A DNA stretch of 45,829 bases from the NCBI GenBank assembly GCA_002505355.1, contig DAUW01000076.1, positions 50,551 to 96,379 of the forward strand. The letters run 5' to 3'. Numbering within the stretch: the stretch's first letter is position 1; every line of letters starts with the position of its first letter. This document shows positions 38,201-45,829 of the stretch, piece after piece. The DNA is from Euryarchaeota archaeon UBA229 (GTDB lineage Archaea; Thermoplasmatota; Poseidoniia; Poseidoniales; Poseidoniaceae). The notes below the pieces were generated by a model that saw only the letters and a list, made by a program, of their open reading frames with translations, had not been told where the DNA came from and ran no database searches. The position numbers and the translations under genes are program-made.

Positions 38201-39141
38201 AAAAGCATGGTCCAGTAAACATGCTTGCTATAGAACAGTATGCTGAATGCGAAGAAAGGTTAGATTCAATGAAGGTTGAATTCAAACAATTGCAGACACG
38301 AAGAACGAATTTAGTCGAAATAACCGAAAAATTAGAGTCACAGCGCAAAGAGAAATTATTGAATGTTCTAACCAAGGTCAACGAAAATTTCAAGAAATCA
38401 TATGAAATTTTGAGTGATGGAGGAAAGGGAGAGCTGTATCTTGAAAACCCAGATGAACCATTCAAAGGTGGGCTTGAATTGTGGGCCAAACCAAAGGGCA
38501 AATCATCGAAGGTAAACCGACTACAACTATCCGGTGGAGAGCAGTCAATGGCGGCTTTAGCGCTCATTTTTGCCATTCAAGATTACGATCCAAGCCCATT
38601 TTACTACTTTGATGAGGTAGATCAAAACCTTGATGCAATAAATGCCGAAAGGATTGCAGAAATGTGCCGTAAGCGCAGCAAGCAAGCACAGTTCCTCATG
38701 GTTACTCTGCGCAAAGTTTCACTGCGTTTAGCAGATCACCACATAGGAATCACGCACGGTGGAGATGGATGTAGTCGAAGAATCGTTGATTTCGACCGTG
38801 AACGAGCAATTGAATTAAGCGAGACAGAGTCGGCAAAGAACAATCCACTTGATGAGAGAATTAGCGCCATTGCGCTTGAGAAGCAACAGGAGGCAGACAT
38901 CGATATGCCGACTGTACCAGAACCACTGCCACCCCCTAAGAGTTTAGGCGGTCTGCTTAATTTTTCTGAAGAGCAGAGCGATGATGAAACAACAATTTCA
39001 GGACTTATTGAACGGGCCAATGAAATGACTGAGGATATTCAAGAAAGAAAGGATATTGTTGCAGCGATAGACTCTATAGAGAAAGATTCTGCTGCCTTAG
39101 AAGATTTATCACAAACCGAGCAAATTGAGGAAGAAATCTAA
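35239..39141 (+). CDS. smc: Chromosome segregation protein SMC
   Basis: MYLKALEVSNFKSF...ITGPNGSGKSN Walker A, long coiled coils, a central hinge, LSGGEQSMAALALIFAIQ signature and FYYFDEVDQNLD Walker B. It also has an acidic C-terminal extension of about 120 aa. Confidence 0.95.
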   Translation: MYLKALEVSNFKSFRGDVTIPLERGFTAITGPNGSGKSNCGDAIQFVLGPRSNKTIRAQNSKDLIFNGGNNHNAARSCNVTLVFANPTLDNGRRRLPINMDEVRMSRSIRLTKSGNVVTNYELNGEESTQKSFHRILGAANARPDGYNIVLQGDVTSLAKMTAKERRKVLDSVAGVTLYDDEIRKADRQKDSVDDYIERIKLLEDNQKSRLKELKKQKDLAVKVKHLVEELSAARVISFQASYASQLAEKQYQVNEQARYLEEANNLDTQVREGSKILLSLDDKIGELQKQIEMLTGGNSEGLNKTIFDLHLKIDTNKDKIADAESKDLEDKAELEELTKHLASAQIALQEFVDNLASAKADLAGSKISLQEAQSEESAVQEIMESSGDETSKLSQQLTKLLGELELATEALAGAQNEVNKTAVQAEVISEQLAKAQEVAEDNRLSLGELELQGEELTGEGSGVDRSKLSKDLINAQRSEEKLVEESQLIEGKLREAERSRERLRSEMENSSGSRGMAGGAAAVISARDSGELTGIIGTIAELCAPIDASHESALATAIGGGMTSIVVESDEIAAKAIKWLAERRAGRATFLPLNKLTNNRAAGKALMVSKKPGVVGFAHELLDYDPKIDIAIKFVLRNTLIVDSLSTARNYMGGVRLVTLRGDVTEAGGAMIGGSKRKMSVSFGGGIKGASEIERLSNEIEKLQLMSETVNGALHQARREQQQLRTQINQLTDSDQAVKLQEWRSEMKQAKSTYHKSLGEIAELESKLNLLEDLAAQQIDTLDEKQSQVADLKVSVASTRETMEAASPAHLKDRLHAAQMKRLDAEGVMAQALASLDSGSEHENLLQERVNDLSSRITGLDNGIIARSEMIDNLQAAIATDSIELKDREEERTQLLEENKGLEDERIALVDERASLRTELTQKSTDAQSRRRLSDELSRSIISKELAINDLLSDMQNNNIEPAETDVNLPSVGDAEKRVRSLERAMEKHGPVNMLAIEQYAECEERLDSMKVEFKQLQTRRTNLVEITEKLESQRKEKLLNVLTKVNENFKKSYEILSDGGKGELYLENPDEPFKGGLELWAKPKGKSSKVNRLQLSGGEQSMAALALIFAIQDYDPSPFYYFDEVDQNLDAINAERIAEMCRKRSKQAQFLMVTLRKVSLRLADHHIGITHGGDGCSRRIVDFDRERAIELSETESAKNNPLDERISAIALEKQQEADIDMPTVPEPLPPPKSLGGLLNFSEEQSDDETTISGLIERANEMTEDIQERKDIVAAIDSIEKDSAALEDLSQTEQIEEEI

Positions 39142-39151
39142 AGGTGGTAGT

Positions 39152-40321
39152 TTGACGACTAAACAATCAGTGTTAGACAAATGGTTTCTTAGGCAAGATA
39201 TCATTAATCAACTTCTAGAATCTGGTGAGGAATCTGAGTCTGCGTTACAGTTCGCTGAGCGGATAATGCCCGTGGTTGAGGCTGAGGAATCAGAATATCA
39301 GTCATTAGAGGATCCATTTGATCGCTCTGTGGCACTGGTATTGTCGCTCGTCAAAGATCAGGAACTAAATCCATGGGATGTTGACTTGTCGACTTTCTTG
39401 AAAGTGTTTACTAAACGGGTAAGGCTGGAATCTGATAAGCTCAACCTACCTGCTTGCGGACGGTTGATTAGGATGTCTTGGGAGGTTCTAAATCAACAAG
39501 CTATGGTGCTTTTTGACAGAGTTCAAAATATGGATAATGAGGATGATTGGGAAGATGAAATCGATTTTGGTTGGGAGTCTGACTATGACGACCAAGATTA
39601 TTTGTTCACTACCTCAATTCTCGATGGCGAAGTAGATGATATTCTCCCCTCATTATTTGATGAGAGAATTAGGCGTGAAGAGGGCCGGCCAGTAACTTTA
39701 GGTGAACTGTTATCTGCATTCAAAGACGCAGCGGAAGATGCCGAGGAGTTGAGGATAAGGGAAGAAAATCGTCTTGCTCATCAAGCCGAATTGGGTAAAT
39801 ATTTGAGTAATGTTGGAGGCAGAATGCATAATGAAGACCTAGAAGGTGACATATTTCGCTGTTGGACTGCGTTGCGTAAAACCTGCAAAAACCATGGCTC
39901 ATCAAAGGTCAAAGTAATCGATGTTGTAAACCAGTTAGGAAGCATTCTCCAAGCGGAGGGGGGAGAACTTTCAGAGGATTACGGCGAGGAGGCAAAAGTT
40001 GCATCATTCATTGCTAGTTTATTCTTGACGCACAGAGGTTTTGCGCTGATTAGTCAAGACGAAGTACCCTACGGCGACATCATGTTAGAAGACCTATGGC
40101 CTGATATTTCTGACTTTGAGCAGGTCAATCAAAGAATCGAGGAAAAAAAGCGTTTACAATCGAATTCCGCTAGTTTAGAGGATACTGGATCTGTTCAATT
40201 TGCGAAAAAAAGAGCGGAAAAATTACGTTTGAAGGAAGAGAAAGAGCGAGCACAAAAAGCGCGAGAAATTACTGAACAAGATAATGAGACTCTTGAGTCA
40301 CACGAGTGGTTAGTAGAGTGA
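39152..40321 (+). CDS. scpA: Segregation and condensation protein A (kleisin ScpA)
   Basis: LVKDQELNPWDVDLSTFLKVF is the conserved ScpA N-terminal block. It lies directly downstream of smc and upstream of scpB. The ORF opens at TTG 39125, overlapping smc. TTG 39152 follows an AGGTGG Shine-Dalgarno by 4 nt. Confidence 0.8.
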   Translation: MTTKQSVLDKWFLRQDIINQLLESGEESESALQFAERIMPVVEAEESEYQSLEDPFDRSVALVLSLVKDQELNPWDVDLSTFLKVFTKRVRLESDKLNLPACGRLIRMSWEVLNQQAMVLFDRVQNMDNEDDWEDEIDFGWESDYDDQDYLFTTSILDGEVDDILPSLFDERIRREEGRPVTLGELLSAFKDAAEDAEELRIREENRLAHQAELGKYLSNVGGRMHNEDLEGDIFRCWTALRKTCKNHGSSKVKVIDVVNQLGSILQAEGGELSEDYGEEAKVASFIASLFLTHRGFALISQDEVPYGDIMLEDLWPDISDFEQVNQRIEEKKRLQSNSASLEDTGSVQFAKKRAEKLRLKEEKERAQKAREITEQDNETLESHEWLVE

Positions 40322-40333
40322 GGATTTGATCAC

Positions 40334-40939
40334 ATGTCGGAATTACAACTTGATACTTTATTAGAAGCAACACTGTTTGGTGCTGGAAGGTCGATGTCGG
40401 TTACAGAACTATGTCAGTCACTTGGTTATGATGAAGATGAGATGCTCGACTGTTTGTATTCACTACGGTCAACTTTGAAGCGAAGACGAGGTGGAGCACT
40501 GCAAATTGCAGAGGTTGGAGATCGTTGGGCAATTGAGGTAAAACCAGACATTGCAGAACATCTACCTAAGGAGGCTAAGACAGAGTTGCCCAAAAAGTTG
40601 CTAAAGGCTGCTTCATTGATAGCCTATCACCAACCTATGTCACAATCAAGGTTAGTCGAGTTACTAGGTCAAAAAGCGTATGATTATGTGCGAGAACTCG
40701 CCCAATACGGTATGATTGATAGAAGGAAAAATGGCAATACTCGAAGGTTGACTACAACAAGGAGATTTTCTGAGGCATTTGGATGCCCATATACCGACCG
40801 CAAAAGAGTAAAAGCGTGGTTTAGAGAACAAGTTCAAAAAACTGGTATGCTAGATGATTTGGAAACGAGTGATGTATTGAGGGATGAGACAGAGTACCAA
40901 GGGACCGTCCAAGAAACTCTCAAGTTTGAAGAAGAGTAA
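40334..40939 (+). CDS. scpB: Segregation and condensation protein B (ScpB)
   Basis: LLEATLFGAGRSMSVTEL, the second winged helix AASLIAYHQPMSQSRLVELLG and the TTRRFSEAFG tail (cf. TT.rFL..fG). Confidence 0.85.
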   Translation: MSELQLDTLLEATLFGAGRSMSVTELCQSLGYDEDEMLDCLYSLRSTLKRRRGGALQIAEVGDRWAIEVKPDIAEHLPKEAKTELPKKLLKAASLIAYHQPMSQSRLVELLGQKAYDYVRELAQYGMIDRRKNGNTRRLTTTRRFSEAFGCPYTDRKRVKAWFREQVQKTGMLDDLETSDVLRDETEYQGTVQETLKFEEE

Positions 40940-42289
40940 TCACTCAGATCTTAACTGTTCTAGGATAACTTTCACAGTCGTTTGGGTTTTGGGTCCGCTA
41001 TGAGCTTGCAGTCTCGAAGCAACAATCTCTACTTCATCGCCAATCGCTCCAGCGCTTACGGCCATATTACGTGCGTGCAGTTTCATGTGGCCAGCCTGGA
41101 TACCATTGGTTGCTAATGCTCTCAGGGCTCCAAGGTTTTGTGCTAGGCCAGCAGCACACATTATGCTGGCTAGCTCATTTGCTGAATTTACTCCTAAAAT
41201 TGCCAGGTTAGCTTTGGCGGTCGGGTGGACCTTAGAAGCGCCTCCTACTATTCCAACTGCCATTGGGGTTTCGATTGAGCCAACTAGATTCCCCTGTTCG
41301 TTGACTTGCCAATCAGTCATTGATGTATAGCGGTTGTTGGCATGAGCACACCATGCGTGGCATCCAGCCTCGATTGCGCGCCAATCTTGGCCACAAGCGA
41401 CTCCTACACTGCTAATTGCATTCATGACTCCCTTGTTGTGCGTAGTGGCTCTAAATGGGTCCGCTACAGCAAAATGATGGGCTTCAATAATGCCGGTGAT
41501 AACTTCTTGTCCATTTTCAAAACTGCCATCATTTGATAGTTCTTCAGGGGTAAAAGTTGCCTCTATTCTAGCTAATCTGTGGGCTGCTAAATTGGATAGA
41601 ATCTTCAAATGCACTCTTCCTTTGGTTAATCTCTCAACTTCAGGCGCAATCAACTCAGCCATGGTGTTAACCGCATTTGCTCCCATCGCATCTCTGCAAT
41701 CGACAATTATGTGTAGAATTAACATCGGTCCAGATAATGATTCAATTACCCTAGTTTCGATGCGTTTGCAGCCGCCACCAAGCTTAATCATAGTCGAAGG
41801 TAGACTATTGCACAAGGCAATTATTTGGTCCCTTGATTGATTAAGTTGTGACAATGCTTCCTCAACGTCAGGAACATCAAGAATTTGTAGTTGACCAATC
41901 ATCAGTGGTCCGTCATTTTGACTGTGAAATCCGCCATGCTGTAAACATCTTTTCGCCATATTAGACGCAGCAGCAACTACACTTGATTCCTCTAAACAGA
42001 ACGGGATCAAGTAATGCTTGCCGTCAACAACAAAATTGGTGGCAATGCCTACTGGCAACGACATTGTTCCAATAACATTCTCAATCATTCGGTCAGCCGC
42101 TTCATCAGACAATTCACCATTATCAGCTAACGCATCAACATGCTCTTGAGTGATTCCTGATAGTTTCTGAACCAATTTTCTTCGTTCAGTCACTGATAGT
42201 TTGAAGAAACCACTCAGTCGGCTATTCTCTACCGGCACGCTCTCACCAAGGCTATGCATGAGTAGTTGGCAAATAAGTAATAGGTTCAT
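40940..42289 (-). CDS. hmgA: Hydroxymethylglutaryl-CoA reductase, class II
   Basis: ENVIGTMSLPVGIATNFVVDGKHYLIPFCLEESSVVAAASNMAKR, DAMGANAVNTMAE, GQDWRAIEAG and HMKLHARN are class II HMGR blocks. The ATG at 42259 (MHSLGES...) may be the true start. Confidence 0.9.
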   Translation of the reverse strand: MNLLLICQLLMHSLGESVPVENSRLSGFFKLSVTERRKLVQKLSGITQEHVDALADNGELSDEAADRMIENVIGTMSLPVGIATNFVVDGKHYLIPFCLEESSVVAAASNMAKRCLQHGGFHSQNDGPLMIGQLQILDVPDVEEALSQLNQSRDQIIALCNSLPSTMIKLGGGCKRIETRVIESLSGPMLILHIIVDCRDAMGANAVNTMAELIAPEVERLTKGRVHLKILSNLAAHRLARIEATFTPEELSNDGSFENGQEVITGIIEAHHFAVADPFRATTHNKGVMNAISSVGVACGQDWRAIEAGCHAWCAHANNRYTSMTDWQVNEQGNLVGSIETPMAVGIVGGASKVHPTAKANLAILGVNSANELASIMCAAGLAQNLGALRALATNGIQAGHMKLHARNMAVSAGAIGDEVEIVASRLQAHSGPKTQTTVKVILEQLRSE

Positions 42290-42295
42290 TTGCCG

Positions 42296-42432
42296 CTTTA
42301 TTAACGGGTTTAACGCAATTATTAACGCGTTAATTTAGCGTTAATCAAGCGTTAATTTCTAACTAAACCATGCTTGAATCTAGCGATTAACACAAAATAA
42401 CGGCTTATTTCGATGGTCAAGCAGGTTAAACA
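42296..42432. promoter_or_regulatory. Divergent control region with an array of ATTAACG/CGTTAAT heptamers, including a perfect 14-bp palindrome
   Basis: ATTAACG at 42299. TTTAACG at 42308. ATTAACGCGTTAAT palindrome at 42320..42333. AGCGTTAAT at 42336 and 42347. Degenerate AGCGATTAAC at 42381 and GGTTAAAC at 42423. Copies are spaced roughly 9-12 bp apart. An A/T-rich TATA-like element (TTAATAAAG on the minus strand, around 42296-42304) faces hmgA. Confidence 0.6.
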
Positions 42433-42444
42433 TCAAATACCTCA

Positions 42445-44223
42445 TTGAGTGATGTCGCTCTCATGCGTGCAGATGGTCTAGGATTTGAGTTGCCAGAGTT
42501 GAGTTCAAATCCATTTTCGGCGATTCCTCTCGAAGGTGATAAGTCAGACTTATATGTCGGTAGATTAGATATCAGGAGACGCCTTGCACAACACATCAAA
42601 TTTAGATCTACCAGGAGGATATTGATGGTCGGGGACTTAGGAAGCGGGCGTACATCACTGCTTCGATGTGCAGCATTGGAAGCGCCAGTATCGGTGCACA
42701 TCGACCATATCTCTGCCTCAAACCCCCATGAGAGTTTGCTCCAAAGAATGTATTCCGAGTTAGTGGATTATCAATTCCCAGTGAATACAGTCGAACTGGT
42801 TAATCGCATGGTTGATTTTTCCCAAACCTTTACTGGAAGTCTACCATTGATCGTAATCGATACACCAAACGTAGAAGATAGCGTATTGTTTGTTGCACTG
42901 AGGGATGTTTTACCATCGCTTGAGCGACTTCAAGCAGTCATTGTTGTCGTGGTAGAATCAAAGCATCGTGTTAACATTAAGCAAAATGTATTGCATAGTT
43001 TTGACAGCGTCGAAACATTATCGCCACTATCGGTGGATGAAGTACAGGCTCTTGTTGAGAAACGCATATCATCAGTTAGTAAAGAAAGCTTCAATCTTGA
43101 TTTTCAGCATGCTGAGACAATTCATAACCAGTCCGACGGTCTACCTTTAGCGGTGGTAAAGTTCATGCGTGATGCCATAGACAACTACCACTCATCTGGT
43201 GTTGATTACCTCACATCGGTGCCTAAACCACCACCGGTAGAATCTACTGACGTTGAGCCGATGAATATCGGAGTTGCGCCACAAGATAACAAGCCAGATA
43301 GTCAATCATCTGAGATTATTGATGCATCAATACCGTGGGATGAAAGAGATTCCGAGATAGATGATTTGACCATCGATTCATCGCCCAATCTTTTTGACTT
43401 TGATTTGGATTTACACGGTCTATCCGAATCACAACAGTTAGATGCGCCGGTCGAGGAATTTGCCTATTCAGCAAGCCCCGATACAGAGGAAGTGATTATT
43501 GCTGACGCTAGACCGAAACCTCACATCGATGCTGGTGCATTTGGGGGTTTGCTTGGAAGAACCCGTGACTTCGACGAGATGGAGAAAACCGAGCAAGAAG
43601 AGATGGTAAATCAGTCAAATAATCACGGAACCGAGCTTTGGGTCTCAAAAGAGATGATAGACGTACAGGAAACCATTGACTTCACCGAGCAGAACTCAGC
43701 GGAGCTAATCTACGATGAAGTCGGTCTACAAGAAACAGAACATAATGATGATCAATTTGAACCACTGCCCGATCACGAGGTTGAAGAATCAGCTAAATTG
43801 CCAGGTTTAACTAGCGATAATCTAGCCTTGAATCAGATAATGCTGCTCCTGTCAAATTATCTTAATTCGATGCAAAAGCACGGCAACATCGATGACAATT
43901 TCCTCGCCAACATGCTAAGTTTCAGCAAAACGCCATATGCAGAAAAAATTGATTTTCCGTTAAATCCTACGGTGTTATCTTGTTTAACAGCAAGTGAGTC
44001 TTACATAATTTCTGTTGCTAAAATAAGAAAGTACTCACCTAGCGATAAGCAAATACTTGCACACCTAGGAATAAAGCGTCCTAGACTATCTCAAATAAGT
44101 AACAAACTACTGAAGGCAGGTATATTAAACGCTAGAATGAGGGGCCGTAGCCGCTATTATGAACTAACCCAGTCAGCCAAAGCCCAACTAATAGCATGGG
44201 GTATAATGGAGGGTGATGAGTAA
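42445..44223 (+). CDS. P-loop NTPase-like protein (Walker A Lys replaced by Arg) with acidic linker and C-terminal winged-helix DNA-binding domain
   Basis: NPF...LYVGRLDIRRRLAQHI...RILMVGDLGSGRTSLLRC resembles the archaeal-ATPase/AAA layout, but reads GSGRT. Walker-B-like LPLIVIDTPN. A D/E/S-rich linker of more than 200 aa. The C-terminus KQILAHLGIKRPRLSQISNKLLKAGILNARMRGRSRYYELT is wHTH-like. TTG at 42445, first ATG at 42463. Confidence 0.55.
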   Translation: MSDVALMRADGLGFELPELSSNPFSAIPLEGDKSDLYVGRLDIRRRLAQHIKFRSTRRILMVGDLGSGRTSLLRCAALEAPVSVHIDHISASNPHESLLQRMYSELVDYQFPVNTVELVNRMVDFSQTFTGSLPLIVIDTPNVEDSVLFVALRDVLPSLERLQAVIVVVVESKHRVNIKQNVLHSFDSVETLSPLSVDEVQALVEKRISSVSKESFNLDFQHAETIHNQSDGLPLAVVKFMRDAIDNYHSSGVDYLTSVPKPPPVESTDVEPMNIGVAPQDNKPDSQSSEIIDASIPWDERDSEIDDLTIDSSPNLFDFDLDLHGLSESQQLDAPVEEFAYSASPDTEEVIIADARPKPHIDAGAFGGLLGRTRDFDEMEKTEQEEMVNQSNNHGTELWVSKEMIDVQETIDFTEQNSAELIYDEVGLQETEHNDDQFEPLPDHEVEESAKLPGLTSDNLALNQIMLLLSNYLNSMQKHGNIDDNFLANMLSFSKTPYAEKIDFPLNPTVLSCLTASESYIISVAKIRKYSPSDKQILAHLGIKRPRLSQISNKLLKAGILNARMRGRSRYYELTQSAKAQLIAWGIMEGDE

Positions 44224-45269
44224 TGTCTTGGAGTATTTCATGGTCATGGCAGGCAGAGCAGCGAATCTCTTCGATTGCCGCAGTAGAGGGCGGAGTGGTA
44301 ATCAGTAATGGTTTGCGATTAGTTCTAATCGAATCTAATGGAGAGATTAGGTGGAGTGTCAAAACTCCGTTTAAGGTGCACTCGATAAGTTATCAAAATG
44401 GCGTCCTCGCTGTGTTAGCAGCACACGGATTCTATGTCATGTCAACAACCGATGGTAGTATGTTGCATGAAGGTAGGTCAACTTATGGAGGATTCAATGA
44501 CGTTGTTCCAAGGCCCGGAGGTGGCTGGATATTATCCGGGAAAGAAGGTCAATTGCACTTATTTTCGCACGAGGGAATTGGAATTAAGCGCTTTACCACT
44601 GGTAAGGTTAGAAGATTGGTTGGATGGCTCGATAGGGAACATATTCTCTGGCAATCCGATGATGGTAAATTATGGTGTGGTAGGCTAGGCAATAATTATT
44701 CGAAGCGCTGCTTAGAAGATAGAATTTGGAGTTGGGTCTCAAGAATCGATTATGGACGCATATTGTTACAGACTAGTTCAGGAGAAGTTTGGGAGGGGGT
44801 GCCTCACCCATATGGTTGGGACTATATCGAAAAGTTGCAATCCGACTCGCTAGAGCCAATGGAGGGCATTAGATGCGGAGATGGTTGGTGGATTCTTGGA
44901 ATCGAAGGATTACTGTATCATCTCTCGGGATCAAATGATGATGGCGCTAATGTTCTGGGGCAAAATATGAATCTTGGAGATCTGCTGCAGAAGGTTACAG
45001 CGGATAGCATGGTTACTGCGACTAGGGATGGTTTAGTTCGAATGTGGAAAGCACCACACTTGGCTGATTCAGAGCGGGAAAGTCGTTTCAAGGCTGCTGC
45101 TGATGCGGCCTTAGCGAGAAACTGGGACGAAAGAAAGTCGATATTTGACAGAGCTAGGCAGGCTGAGGATGAAGGCAGGCTATCACTCGCAGTGGAATTG
45201 TATCAAACCCTTGGTCGTTTAGAGGATGTTAAACGATTGCTGCATCGTCAAAAGGAGGGTGGCGAGTGA
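44223..45269 (+). CDS. Beta-propeller (PQQ/BamB-like repeat) protein with C-terminal TPR-like helical tail; function unknown
   Basis: Repeated ...DG/NG-x-hydrophobic-x-W... strand motifs (NGEIRWSV, DGSMLHEG, DGKLWCGR, SGEVWEGV, GDGWWILG, DGLVRMWK). The tail is ARQAEDEGRLSLAVELYQTLGRLEDVKRLL. Its ATG overlaps the upstream stop (TAATG at 44221-44225). Confidence 0.45.
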   Translation: MSWSISWSWQAEQRISSIAAVEGGVVISNGLRLVLIESNGEIRWSVKTPFKVHSISYQNGVLAVLAAHGFYVMSTTDGSMLHEGRSTYGGFNDVVPRPGGGWILSGKEGQLHLFSHEGIGIKRFTTGKVRRLVGWLDREHILWQSDDGKLWCGRLGNNYSKRCLEDRIWSWVSRIDYGRILLQTSSGEVWEGVPHPYGWDYIEKLQSDSLEPMEGIRCGDGWWILGIEGLLYHLSGSNDDGANVLGQNMNLGDLLQKVTADSMVTATRDGLVRMWKAPHLADSERESRFKAAADAALARNWDERKSIFDRARQAEDEGRLSLAVELYQTLGRLEDVKRLLHRQKEGGE

Positions 45270-45565
45270 AGCAAATCAACGATCGAATTTCTCGAGAAAA
45301 GCTCGAGCATTATCTAGCCCTAACAAATGCAGCGAGGGAAAAAGCCACGCCAATATATCAACCAGAATCAAAGGAAGGCAACATGTTGTCGATACTGCTA
45401 AGAATGGCCGATGATTATGCGAACGATGCACAGTATTTCATGAAAAATGGTGACTACATTAGAGCATTTGGGGCAATCAACTATGCTCATGCATGGATTG
45501 ATGCTGGCGTAAAATTGCAGCTATTAGATGGCCACGGTGATGATGAATTGTTCACTCTACCGTAA
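45266..45565 (+). CDS. DUF357-family small archaeal protein
   Basis: LRMADDYANDAQYFMKNGDYIRAFGAINYAHAWIDAGVKLQLLDG matches my recollection of the DUF357 core (DA.yF...gD...A.....YA.GwlDag). The GTG start overlaps the upstream stop (GTGA). Confidence 0.55.
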   Translation: MKQINDRISREKLEHYLALTNAAREKATPIYQPESKEGNMLSILLRMADDYANDAQYFMKNGDYIRAFGAINYAHAWIDAGVKLQLLDGHGDDELFTLP

Positions 45566-45570
45566 CCTTT

Positions 45571-45777
45571 CTATAGACCTTCTACCAATCTGAGGTGTTG
45601 GTTTTTTGACACCTCAATAACGTCTATTCCTCGCTGGTAGAGGCGTTTCTTCAAAACTTTGTCAATAGTTAAAACGGCATAATTTCCGGTCTCAGCTAAA
45701 GCAAATATTTGATCATCAGTATGAAAATTAGATTCCGGTTCTAGCGAAACAGATTTTTGTTTGAGCAAATCCAGCAA
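45571..45777 (-). CDS. Short ORF resembling the C-terminal half of an Fcf1/COG1412-type PIN domain (possible remnant)
   Basis: HTDDQIFALAETGNYAVLTIDKVLKKRLYQRGIDVIEV resembles the ...DD.il......vvaTnD..L..rl...gi.vi block. The ORF is bounded upstream by an in-frame TGA at 45796-45798, so the N-terminal catalytic half is absent. TTG start. Confidence 0.3.
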   Translation of the reverse strand: MLDLLKQKSVSLEPESNFHTDDQIFALAETGNYAVLTIDKVLKKRLYQRGIDVIEVSKNQHLRLVEGL

Positions 45778-45829
45778 CAGGGAATTCTTCCAAGATCAAG
45801 TGTAGTTTAGATTAAACAATTCTTGTTCT

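Noticed and set aside
38022-38576. 184-aa minus-strand ORF, with several smaller ones at 36168..37826, within smc
   Set aside because: Shadow ORFs opposite the coiled-coil and head regions of SMC, with no independent support.
42445-44223. Considered calling this protein Orc1/Cdc6, because it combines a P-loop with a C-terminal winged helix
   Set aside because: The Walker A reads GSGRT rather than GTGKT. There is no recognisable sensor or lid arrangement, and a 200+ aa acidic linker separates the domains. The resemblance is architectural only.
1-45829. Scanned by eye for CRISPR arrays, rRNA genes, transposases/integrases, terminal inverted repeats and long intergenic repeats
   Set aside because: I saw no regularly spaced direct repeats with unique spacers, no rRNA-like sequence and no DDE/tyrosine/serine recombinase motifs in any long ORF. 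The only repeat structures found are the intragenic duplication, the PE hexamer repeat and the ATTAACG array.

Overview
Gene-dense archaeal chromosomal segment with almost no intergenic DNA and many overlapping or abutting stop/start codons. Gene content suggests an uncultured aerobic marine euryarchaeote, possibly Marine Group II/Poseidoniales-like (inference only). In order: (1) on the minus strand, an archaeal-type shikimate cluster (ADH synthase, dehydroquinate synthase II, GHMP-type shikimate kinase, chorismate synthase) followed by aspartokinase; (2) an unusual membrane-anchored coiled-coil protein made of an internally duplicated module; (3) purP, tryptophan 2,3-dioxygenase and rpoK; (4) a secreted thioredoxin-like protein divergent from ctaA-ctaB (heme A / heme O synthases); (5) tRNA-Ser(GCU) abutting a 988-aa sequon-rich surface protein, then a lamin-tail-domain protein and three consecutive KaiC/RecA-like paralogs, only one with an intact P-loop; (6) a UbiE-like methyltransferase; (7) a complete A-type ATP synthase operon atpHIKECFABD, whose subunit I carries a His-rich stretch plus a canonical EF-hand pair; (8) a catalytically degenerate site-2-protease-like membrane protein, panE, nadB and a membrane protein with a DnaJ-type zinc finger; (9) smc-scpA-scpB; (10) class II HMG-CoA reductase, divergent across an array of ATTAACG/CGTTAAT repeats from an overlapping three-gene operon (P-loop+wHTH protein, beta-propeller/TPR protein, DUF357), then a short PIN-like remnant. 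I saw no CRISPR array, rRNA, transposase or integrase. All calls come from reading motifs in the supplied translations and DNA; no database search was possible.
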